A stretch of 21,452 nucleotides of DNA. It comes from a virus. Its lineage: Duplodnaviria; Heunggongvirae; Uroviricota; Caudoviricetes. The DNA lies in IMG/VR virus record IMGVR_UViG_3300050120_000279; one strand, 5' to 3'. Each line of letters opens with the position of its first letter. Within the stretch, counting starts at the first letter, position 1. Positions 1 to 6,993 of this stretch are shown in pieces. The translations under genes were made by a program, and so were the position numbers. The notes beneath the pieces were generated by a model. It saw only the letters and a program-made list of their open reading frames with translations. It did not search any database and was not told where the DNA came from.

Positions 1-2
1 CG

Positions 3-176
3 AAACAGTACTTCTCAAACTCTGAGTATCGCGAGCAATGGCACGCGGACTACGCAGCGCAGGTTGAAGAATCGAATGAACGGAAGCGCATTACTCGCAA
101 GTTCATCCTGTACCCAGGTTTGGTTCTGCTCTTCGGTCTGTGGGTCTACGTGACGTTCTTCGCCACATCGGCATAG
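3..176 (+). CDS. 5'-truncated hypothetical membrane protein (C-terminal transmembrane helix)
   Basis: Own translation of frame +3 is open from the window edge to TAG at 174-176: KQYFSNSEYREQWHADYAAQVEESNERKRITRKFILYPGLVLLFGLWVYVTFFATSA*. A basic patch (RKRITRK) is followed by a ~21-residue hydrophobic stretch. Not in the ORF track because the start lies outside the window. Confidence 0.6.
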   Translation, partial: KQYFSNSEYREQWHADYAAQVEESNERKRITRKFILYPGLVLLFGLWVYVTFFATSA

Positions 177-604
177 ATCTTCTTGAGCCGAGCCCGTACC
201 TTATCGGGTGTCTTGTCGACCTCGCATTCCCAGATCACATGGACCTTGAAGCCGAGACGCGTGAAGAATGCGTAGCGATGAGAGTCCTTGTCCAATGCAT
301 TGAGCTGCATCTTTGAGAACTTCTTGGTGCAGAGTTTGCATCCATGCCAGTAACATCCATTCAGCTCGATCACATCATGAGTCCCGATGAAGACATCAGC
401 ATGACAGCTGCCTATTGTCTTCTCCTTGACAAAGGGAATCTTCTCCTCCTTCAAGATGGAGTGAACTTTGAGCTCGAGCCCACTCGCGGGACGTTTCCGG
501 TTGACCTTGCGCATCACCTTGGCGGAGACGCGGGCCGAAGACTTCGCTGGTCTCCGGCGCATCAGTTTAGGTTTAGGTGCTTTTGTCGCTTTCTTCGGAG
601 CCAT
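146..604 (-). CDS. vsr: Vsr-like (very-short-patch-repair / DUF559-type) endonuclease with Lys/Arg-rich N-terminal tail
   Basis: Motifs match the E. coli Vsr layout as I recall it: MRKV...SGLELKV, ADVF, IELNGCYWHGCxxC (Vsr FTHGCFWH), D...LGFKVHVIWECEV (Vsr LGWRVLIVWEC). ATG lies 3 nt after the upstream TAA, with GGGA just upstream. Confidence 0.85.
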   Translation of the reverse strand: MAPKKATKAPKPKLMRRRPAKSSARVSAKVMRKVNRKRPASGLELKVHSILKEEKIPFVKEKTIGSCHADVFIGTHDVIELNGCYWHGCKLCTKKFSKMQLNALDKDSHRYAFFTRLGFKVHVIWECEVDKTPDKVRARLKKIYADVAKNVT

Positions 605-607
605 TAC

Positions 608-1951
608 TTATCCCACATAGGTGAAACTGGAACCAGCTGCACTCACAGAAGTTAGGGGCTCTACGGCACCAATACTTCGATAGCTTGTCGTTGCACTGCC
701 AGGAAATACTCCTGGGAATCCAGCATTGAGGCACGAGGCTCCTCCACCTGCAACTTTATTCAGTGCATAATTGTTCCCGCCTACAAATGGGTTCGCAGTA
801 AGAAAGACATCGCCATTTCCTGCAAACAAGTTAGTGTAATTACCGCTAGTATTTGCACCCCAGGCGTTATTCAAAGCAATGAGTCGGTCAGGCCTAAATG
901 CCGTACTCGCACAACTGACTCCCCATCCGGTATGCCCATATATCACATTACTTATTAGAGTTACTGCTACAGCTGCTAGAGTAAAGGCCTGGGGAAATAT
1001 AATGCCAGTTGCCGCTCCGTTTGCAAGAGTGCAATTCGTGATGACGGCCTTGGCCGCATTACCCAACGAGATTCCAATGCTTGTAGCACCCACCATTAAG
1101 CAGTTGCTAATTAGACAGTGAACCCCAGTACCCAGCGTTATATGGACTCCATTGTTAGCAAAATAGCTGTTGTTGACTGTAAGCACGGAACTGACCGTGG
1201 CTACTGCGATAGATACGGCCCCCGTGGAACAAGAAATGAACGCACAATTCGTGAATGAAACTAGAACAGAACCAACCAGACTCATACCATATGTAAATCC
1301 CGTGAACGAACAATTCAGTACACCAAGATTTACTACAGGGGACCCTGTCGTAAGAACGAAACAAGGATTTGATCCTGAGGTAGTAAAGGCAAAGTTAGCC
1401 ACGTACTGACTTGTTAGGAGAGTAGATGGAACGATGCGTGCTGCTACACTAATGGAGGGTGAAGCCCCATTGTCTCCATGTACCAGGTTGTACCCGACCC
1501 AATAAGAACTGGTCATGGCTATACCTGCGGTTATAGTGTAGCTACCTGCTTTCACCCAGACCGTATTTCCAGCAACACACAGGGCCATAGCCGCACTATT
1601 AGTTTGCAGGCTGCCACCTAGCTTACCGGAGCCGCCGGTACTATTCGCTGTCCCACAAGCTTTATCGCAAGTAACTGTGCCAGAACTAAAACCCACGATC
1701 TGAACACGCTGAACCGTGAAACCAGAACCACCTGTGATATTGATAACATTTCCCACATGTGCAGCTGTAAATGGAGAGGAGGCACTCGACAAGACAGTGT
1801 TAGTACTACCGATAACAAGATCGGTATACGTTACTTGGGCAACATCCTGCTGAGAGTAATCTATCCCAGACAGATCAATGTTGAATCCACCGCCATTTGA
1901 GTCGCTTCCAGTTGTGCGAACATCCCAATTTGTATCACTACCGAATGCCAT
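608..1951 (-). CDS. Right-handed parallel beta-helix (pectin-lyase-like fold) virion/tailspike-like protein, 447 aa
   Basis: Periodic ~22-24 aa repeats with an Asn/Cys ladder (LNCSF, TNCAF, NNSYF, SNCLM, TNCTL, SNVIY). AGNTVWVKAGSY beta-helix cap motif and C-terminal SIGAV motif. Coupled to the upstream gene (AAGGGA-TAA-T-ATG). Confidence 0.75.
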   Translation of the reverse strand: MAFGSDTNWDVRTTGSDSNGGGFNIDLSGIDYSQQDVAQVTYTDLVIGSTNTVLSSASSPFTAAHVGNVINITGGSGFTVQRVQIVGFSSGTVTCDKACGTANSTGGSGKLGGSLQTNSAAMALCVAGNTVWVKAGSYTITAGIAMTSSYWVGYNLVHGDNGASPSISVAARIVPSTLLTSQYVANFAFTTSGSNPCFVLTTGSPVVNLGVLNCSFTGFTYGMSLVGSVLVSFTNCAFISCSTGAVSIAVATVSSVLTVNNSYFANNGVHITLGTGVHCLISNCLMVGATSIGISLGNAAKAVITNCTLANGAATGIIFPQAFTLAAVAVTLISNVIYGHTGWGVSCASTAFRPDRLIALNNAWGANTSGNYTNLFAGNGDVFLTANPFVGGNNYALNKVAGGGASCLNAGFPGVFPGSATTSYRSIGAVEPLTSVSAAGSSFTYVG

Positions 1952-1952
1952 A

Positions 1953-3359
1953 TTATCCCTTTATTACTTGAATCTGGAGTGAGATTCGAGTTACCGTAGC
2001 CACACTAGTGAGCGTAAAACCGATGATGTCCCCGGCAGCGACCGAAGTAGTCCAGCCCGTCAAAGTATTGCTCGAGTTCTTCTGAGCAGATGTAAGTGTG
2101 GGTGGGAGCGAAGCGACGATGCTAGCCATGGTAGGAAAGTTGACGTATGTTTCTTTAGAAACATCTATAGATGCTGAACCAGTCTGATCTGAGAGCAAAG
2201 TCCAACCGACTATGGTACAAGGGAAATCCACCTGGACGAATCCTTTTGATCCCGTACTGGGTACATTTCCTGAACCATCTATGACCAAACCAATAACGGA
2301 AACTGTAGTCGATGGCAGAGTGACTGCTGATAGCACGCCACCTACTGTTGTTATTGAATTCCCATCAGGTTTTACTGCACCGAATGCAATCGCCGTAGCT
2401 ACTGGAAGATCTGCAGGAACAAGCGCTCCATACACAGGAGCAGCATTCGCACCTGAGGTGGGTCCTCGTAGCACGGTATTCGCGGCAACTGGATTATCGA
2501 TGAGAGCTAGAACACCATCTGTCGTTACCGGAGAACCTGTGACAGTAAATCTGGATGGGGCAGTGAGGAAAACACCTGTAACGGTGCCTTCCGCTCCATT
2601 CGAGACGAAGGCCCAAGAGGATCCTTCCCAATAGAGGAACACATCCTGTCCAAGAATGTAGACCATCTCACCAAGCTTTGGCGTGAAGAAGATCCAACTG
2701 GATGAGGACGAGGCCCAAAGGGCAATACTGTTCGTCTGACCAACCCAAGCTCCGGACCCACCAGCCAGCAGCAGGTAGGCATCCGCATTTGCAGGAGTCA
2801 AAGTTGACGGATCAGTGACAGTAGCGCTGATAACGCCGAATGGCGCAGCTGACGCACCCCCACTTCCTCCACTCCCTGGGATTCCGAAGTCCAGGATTGC
2901 CGATGAAGAGGTGCCTTCATTGTTGATGGTTGGAACATCGCCAGGAGCAAGTTCACTCACAGTACCAACCACGATCGTGGCAGCGGTGCCTGTCGCTCCA
3001 GTCTTGACGACCTGAACCGGAATGGAACTCACAGGGGTTGCTGTAGCCAGATTGAAGGTGCCTGTTTGTACCGGGATTTGGAATGATCTGCGCCATAGAA
3101 GTGCGGCGCTGCTGTCATGCAGGGACACTTCGTAATAAGAGTTGTTGACCCCAGCTGACACTTCCGAGCATCCCGTGGCTTGATTGCCTGCGACAGATCC
3201 TGTGAGGACTCCGCCGGCGCTCAGAGTGAATGGTCCTGGTGTTAGGGACCCGAATGTTGGTGATCCTCCACAATTGGTCAGTACAAACGAGAGAACTCCG
3301 TTGGCAACAGGAGTTCCAAACGATGTAAACGTACCAACGAGGGGCGTCATTACAGACAT
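1953..3359 (-). CDS. Tail fibre protein with DUF2793-like domain, 468 aa (start revised from 3422)
   Basis: AAAGGT lies 7 nt upstream of ATG at 3359 (MSVMTPLVG). Contains the fibre motif GATGTAATIVVGTV...NEGTSSSAILDFGIPG, a DUF2793-like segment (DAYLLLAGGSGAWVGQTNSIALW...WIFFTPKLGEMVYI...LYWEGSSW), the fibre repeat ATAIAFGAVKPDG, and a C-terminal beta-sandwich. Confidence 0.78.
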   Translation of the reverse strand: MSVMTPLVGTFTSFGTPVANGVLSFVLTNCGGSPTFGSLTPGPFTLSAGGVLTGSVAGNQATGCSEVSAGVNNSYYEVSLHDSSAALLWRRSFQIPVQTGTFNLATATPVSSIPVQVVKTGATGTAATIVVGTVSELAPGDVPTINNEGTSSSAILDFGIPGSGGSGGASAAPFGVISATVTDPSTLTPANADAYLLLAGGSGAWVGQTNSIALWASSSSSWIFFTPKLGEMVYILGQDVFLYWEGSSWAFVSNGAEGTVTGVFLTAPSRFTVTGSPVTTDGVLALIDNPVAANTVLRGPTSGANAAPVYGALVPADLPVATAIAFGAVKPDGNSITTVGGVLSAVTLPSTTVSVIGLVIDGSGNVPSTGSKGFVQVDFPCTIVGWTLLSDQTGSASIDVSKETYVNFPTMASIVASLPPTLTSAQKNSSNTLTGWTTSVAAGDIIGFTLTSVATVTRISLQIQVIKG

Positions 3360-3372
3360 AGATTTACCTTTG

Positions 3373-3382
3373 ATGGAGTTGA
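3373..3382 (-). promoter_or_regulatory. Candidate regulatory motif TCAACTCCAT (copy 1), just upstream of the RBS of the 468-aa fibre gene
   Basis: Exact 10-mer shared with the intergenic gap at 10636-10645. The AACTCCA core also occurs at 13459-13465. Confidence 0.35.
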
Positions 3383-3394
3383 ATTGGGAAGGGA

Positions 3395-3429
3395 AAGCCG
3401 AGAGCCCGACATCGGGCTGCAATCGGCTT
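3395..3429 (-). terminator. Stem-loop in the 116-nt intergenic gap; possible intrinsic terminator/attenuator or processing site
   Basis: Nested inverted repeats: AAGCCGA (3395-3401) with TCGGCTT (3423-3429), and AGCCCGA (3403-3409) with TCGGGCT (3412-3418). On the minus strand it is followed by pyrimidine-rich TCCCTTCCC, so the U-tract is weak. Confidence 0.45.
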
Positions 3430-3462
3430 ATGGGTGGGTTGAAGCAGTCCTAAGAGCTGTCT

Positions 3463-3468
3463 AGTATA
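3463..3468 (-). promoter_or_regulatory. Possible -10 element (TATACT) upstream of the fibre cassette
   Basis: TATACT on the minus strand in the intergenic gap. The position 17 nt upstream reads CAGCCT, so there is no sigma70 -35 match. Confidence 0.25.
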
Positions 3469-3475
3469 GGCAGAC

Positions 3476-4249
3476 TTACGAGGTGAGGCTGCTCACGCGG
3501 GCCAGGGAGTTGACAGTGCCGGAGTGGGCAACCGCAGTATCCGTATTCAGAACGTGGACCAGTATCCCGGCGCCGGAAGGTAGGTAGGTGTATCCAGTTA
3601 CCTGCATAAATCCAGAGACATCGTTGATGCCATACGAGACGGTGTAGTTGTTGTCTGCAAATGGCACAGTCCAAAGTACTTCAACCGATTCGATTGCACC
3701 GGGGGAGATCGAAGGAGTTGCCGTACGAGCATCCATAGAGGAGATCGAAAGCGCCTGCAGCTCCGAGAGTGCCTGCTGTAGAGCTTTGATCTGACCGAGC
3801 TGTGCATTGAGGTTCGACGTAAAACCCTGAAGAGCCAGGGCAATATCATTCTGATTGCTTGAGCTGAGGCGCGCCTGAAGGGAAGCTACAGCGGTCGCTA
3901 GGTTAGCTTGAATGGTCTGCAACGTCTGGAGCTGGCCATAGACGAGACGCAAACTGTCCGACATAACCAAGGGCGATCCCACCAAGGAGTTGTAGAAGAG
4001 AGCTTCCTGGCTCGTTGAGTCACCGTAGATCCCATTGCCCTCGATGCCGGTGGACGTCGCGGGCGCCAGGGCATTCAACATCGGAAGAAGGACGTTGTTC
4101 AGGAAGGTGACAACGGTCGAGAGGTCAACCAGTTTCTCCTGCTCACCATCGTTGTAATCCTGAGAGGAAGGAGGGCCGTTGAGCGGCGAGACGCGCAGGG
4201 TGGATACCAGCTCGAGGTTAGGGAGATTGAGAACTGCAGCGGTCGACAT
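3476..4249 (-). CDS. Virion structural protein, 257 aa; central coiled coil plus C-terminal beta-sandwich (short fibre-like)
   Basis: Heptad-like Q/L/A-rich helix at aa ~100-168 (LRLVYGQLQTLQTIQANLATAVASLQARL...LGQIKALQQALSELQAL). C-terminal domain VEVLWTVPFADNNYTVSY resembles H-type-lectin/gp53-like fibre tips. Coupled start GAGGAA-TAA-TC-ATG. Confidence 0.65.
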   Translation of the reverse strand: MSTAAVLNLPNLELVSTLRVSPLNGPPSSQDYNDGEQEKLVDLSTVVTFLNNVLLPMLNALAPATSTGIEGNGIYGDSTSQEALFYNSLVGSPLVMSDSLRLVYGQLQTLQTIQANLATAVASLQARLSSSNQNDIALALQGFTSNLNAQLGQIKALQQALSELQALSISSMDARTATPSISPGAIESVEVLWTVPFADNNYTVSYGINDVSGFMQVTGYTYLPSGAGILVHVLNTDTAVAHSGTVNSLARVSSLTS

Positions 4250-4251
4250 GA

Positions 4252-5514
4252 TTATTCCTCGAGAGACGCAGCACGGAAGACCGGTGTCTGCGTTCTGTCA
4301 TTGGTGGAGAGGTGAACAAGGAGGGAAGCACTGACGGAAGCCGGTCCGGCGATGTAGCTCACCTTGTAGGTTCCTGTCGTGCTTAATGGAGCGGGGATGA
4401 TCGTGAGGTAGGGGACACCCGAACCAGCTGGCTTGAACGCTGCGTAGGTTCGCGTGACTGAAGCAATGTTCGCATCCGCCGGATCGAGTCCGTGAACCAC
4501 CGGGATGTTCAGACCAGTGGTGTTGTCGATGACAGCCACACTGTTGATGTAGAAGTTGGCGGGGAGATCGGCAGTCGTCAACTTGCCATGGATGTCAACA
4601 GCGCATGCCGCCTGAGTCACCGTAGCTGCATTCGGAACAGGGATGAGGCTGCCATCGGTCACCGCAACATAGCTCGATCCGTCGACAGCTCCGTCATCGA
4701 GAAGCAAGTTGTAGATGATGCCTGCTGTTCCCTGAGCACGGAAGACCAAGCTCTGAGTCTGTGGGGTCAAGATAACCGGGCGGAAGACCACATCGCTGAC
4801 CAGGTTGTAGGCAACAGTCGATGCTGAGAAGTCTGTGATCCCGAAGGTGTAAGTATTGCCGCCGAGGTTGTCGGGGTGTGATGGGGTCAGGATCAGTTGA
4901 ATGAACTGAACGGACTGCTCTGCGAACCAGGCATTGAGCACCGATCCATTGAGGGAAGTGCTCGCCGCAGGTGTATAGATCAAGCCATCGGTAGATACTT
5001 GGACCGTGACGGCCGGCGCGGACGCCATCGCTGCAAGAGCGATCGTCATCACCGACAGATTCACAGGTTCCTGCAACTCCATGGTGAAGGTGCCGGTCGG
5101 TGCTGTCGGAGAGAACACGCTGAGTAGGGTTTGATTCTTGTTCAACGCGTTGACGGTACCGCTTGTAACAGAGAAGGAGGTCGAGCTGACCAGCGCAGTA
5201 TTGGGAAAGCGCCGCTCACGCAAAGTTGCTGAAGCGGTGTCGACGCGTACCGTAGCTGTGGTCAACCCCTGGTTCACGCTGCCGAAGTCCGAGACGACGA
5301 AGAGCGCCACGATATCAGCCGCCTGCACGCGCGCGGCGCGCTGCTGCTTGGAGGTGAGATCGGTGAGGCGGTGGCTGTAGTCGAGGAGAGTCGTGAGCTG
5401 AATCTGGCTCAACAGAGAGAGGATTGCATTGCCCTGATCCTGAAGACCAGAGAATGTCTGGTTCAGACCCGAGGCGCTGGACTGTTGGCCGTTGGCGATT
5501 GGTGTGCTGGACAT
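4252..5514 (-). CDS. Putative baseplate/virion structural protein with discoidin (F5/8C)-like jelly-roll domain, 420 aa
   Basis: Long ORF in the operon with core-like high-GC3 codons. Helical N-terminus, then FTMELQEPVNL...VQVSTDGLIYT...FAEQSVQFIQLIL, typical of galactose-binding-like domains. Confidence 0.65.
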   Translation of the reverse strand: MSSTPIANGQQSSASGLNQTFSGLQDQGNAILSLLSQIQLTTLLDYSHRLTDLTSKQQRAARVQAADIVALFVVSDFGSVNQGLTTATVRVDTASATLRERRFPNTALVSSTSFSVTSGTVNALNKNQTLLSVFSPTAPTGTFTMELQEPVNLSVMTIALAAMASAPAVTVQVSTDGLIYTPAASTSLNGSVLNAWFAEQSVQFIQLILTPSHPDNLGGNTYTFGITDFSASTVAYNLVSDVVFRPVILTPQTQSLVFRAQGTAGIIYNLLLDDGAVDGSSYVAVTDGSLIPVPNAATVTQAACAVDIHGKLTTADLPANFYINSVAVIDNTTGLNIPVVHGLDPADANIASVTRTYAAFKPAGSGVPYLTIIPAPLSTTGTYKVSYIAGPASVSASLLVHLSTNDRTQTPVFRAASLEE

Positions 5515-5517
5515 GTA

Positions 5518-6993
5518 TTAGTTCCCGAAGGTCACGGAGAGGAGAGCCGGCGTGTAGAAGTTCTCCAGGGTAGAGAGGTCCTGAATCCCCTGGGCCGACG
5601 TCTGGTAGGTCACGGTGACCGGGCCTGTAGGGCTCACGATGGTCAAGGCGTTGCTGATGCTGAGGGAATATCCGGAGGAATCGAGGTAGAGACTACCTTC
5701 GCTCACCTGCAATGTGCCCGGGATCGGGGTCTCTGCAAGAGGGATTGGCGTGGTAATGTTGGCCAAGACCAACGTACGCTCAATAGTGGTCGGATCCAAA
5801 GGTATCGACTTCGAGCTCACAAGGGTGAACCCGGAGGTGAAGGTCGGGTCCGCTGTGGTGGCATCGACTGCCGCGTTCGTGCCGGCAAACGCCTGGGTGG
5901 AGCGGTTGAACAGCACGCGGTACCACCACTGGGCTGGAAGTGTAACCTGGCCAGGAACAATCGTCGTGTAATGCACGCTGTCGCCTGAGATCTGGTAAGT
6001 CAAGGAGACGAAGGGATCGAAGCTGAGATCCTGGGCAGAGAACTGTACGGTACCGCTTGGCGTCGTCTGTGGCTTCGAGACCACTGCGCCTGTCGCCTGG
6101 TAGTTGCGTTGCGTGAACTGAAGAGTACGCAGACCGATCGCGCTGCTGGTCGTCAGATTCTGAATGACCAGGCGGATCTTGGAAACCGAACGGGGTGGAA
6201 AGTCGACAACCGTGGATCCAGAGAACTTTCCAGCAGACGCATCGAGCACGAGGGCGTCGGTGTTGATGTCGCTGAGGATATTCTCAAATTGAGACCCATC
6301 AGCGGATGCCGTGAAGGTCGTGACCTCATAACCCACGTAGGTGTCCGGGCTGATGTTCATCCGGTTGACGATCGTCGGAGCTGGGAAGCTGACGATGATC
6401 TCAAGAAGAGGACCATTCCAAGTGAAGAGAGCTTCTGGCGCGGTGACCTGTAGAGAGGTGATGCTGCCTGTCGTCGAACCGATAGCATTCTGCCCCACAG
6501 CGAAGGTAGGTGTCAGGACCATCTCCGAGGAAAGAGGCAGCTGTACTACCCCGGCATTCATGTCGAACTCAGCTGAAGAGCTGCTGTCAACGGCGCTCTG
6601 ATTGATGAATTGTTCGATGAATTCGCGCGAGCTTGAGGCATAGATCGCCTCGCGGATCGCTTGGCAGGTCGCATTTCGACTGGCAGCGCACAGATTGAAC
6701 AGGGTACTGGCGTCATCTTCAAGCCGGCTGATCTCATCGGCGATGTCCGAAGCATCGTCATTCAGGGTGAGCAGATTGGACACCGGGTCCCCGACAAGGG
6801 CGGGCGCCGCGGGAGTAATGGGGATCAGGGACTGCATCATGTAGTCGGTGTTGATCACCATGTTCACGATGCTGGTGGTCTGGGCTAGGAACTCTTCCTT
6901 GGTCGAGAGTTTGAGCGCAAGGATCTGTGCCTGGGCGCGCGAGAGGCGATTCACCAACAGGCGGTTGTTCGAGTCGAGGAAGGAGGAGAACAT
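5518..6993 (-). CDS. Putative baseplate/virion structural protein with discoidin-like domain, 491 aa
   Basis: Helical N-terminus, then IIVSFPAPTIVNRMNISP...TASADGSQFE...DFPPRSVSKIRLVIQN. A second YQISGDSVHYT motif is present. TAATG overlap with the upstream gene at 6991-6995. Confidence 0.65.
   Translation of the reverse strand: MFSSFLDSNNRLLVNRLSRAQAQILALKLSTKEEFLAQTTSIVNMVINTDYMMQSLIPITPAAPALVGDPVSNLLTLNDDASDIADEISRLEDDASTLFNLCAASRNATCQAIREAIYASSSREFIEQFINQSAVDSSSSAEFDMNAGVVQLPLSSEMVLTPTFAVGQNAIGSTTGSITSLQVTAPEALFTWNGPLLEIIVSFPAPTIVNRMNISPDTYVGYEVTTFTASADGSQFENILSDINTDALVLDASAGKFSGSTVVDFPPRSVSKIRLVIQNLTTSSAIGLRTLQFTQRNYQATGAVVSKPQTTPSGTVQFSAQDLSFDPFVSLTYQISGDSVHYTTIVPGQVTLPAQWWYRVLFNRSTQAFAGTNAAVDATTADPTFTSGFTLVSSKSIPLDPTTIERTLVLANITTPIPLAETPIPGTLQVSEGSLYLDSSGYSLSISNALTIVSPTGPVTVTYQTSAQGIQDLSTLENFYTPALLSVTFGN

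Noticed and set aside
3360-3422. ORF-track N-terminal extension of the fibre gene (MQPDVGLSAF...)
   Set aside because: It runs through the hairpin and lacks an RBS, whereas ATG 3359 has AAAGGT at 7 nt.
3821-3827. In-frame slippery heptamer G GGT TTT in the 257-aa gene
   Set aside because: The -1 frame closes after about 46 codons with no recognisable product, no tape-measure gene follows, and such a heptamer is expected by chance in 21 kb.
5371-5988. 205-aa plus-strand ORF
   Set aside because: Antisense to high-GC3 structural genes, with no RBS or family motif; typical shadow ORF.
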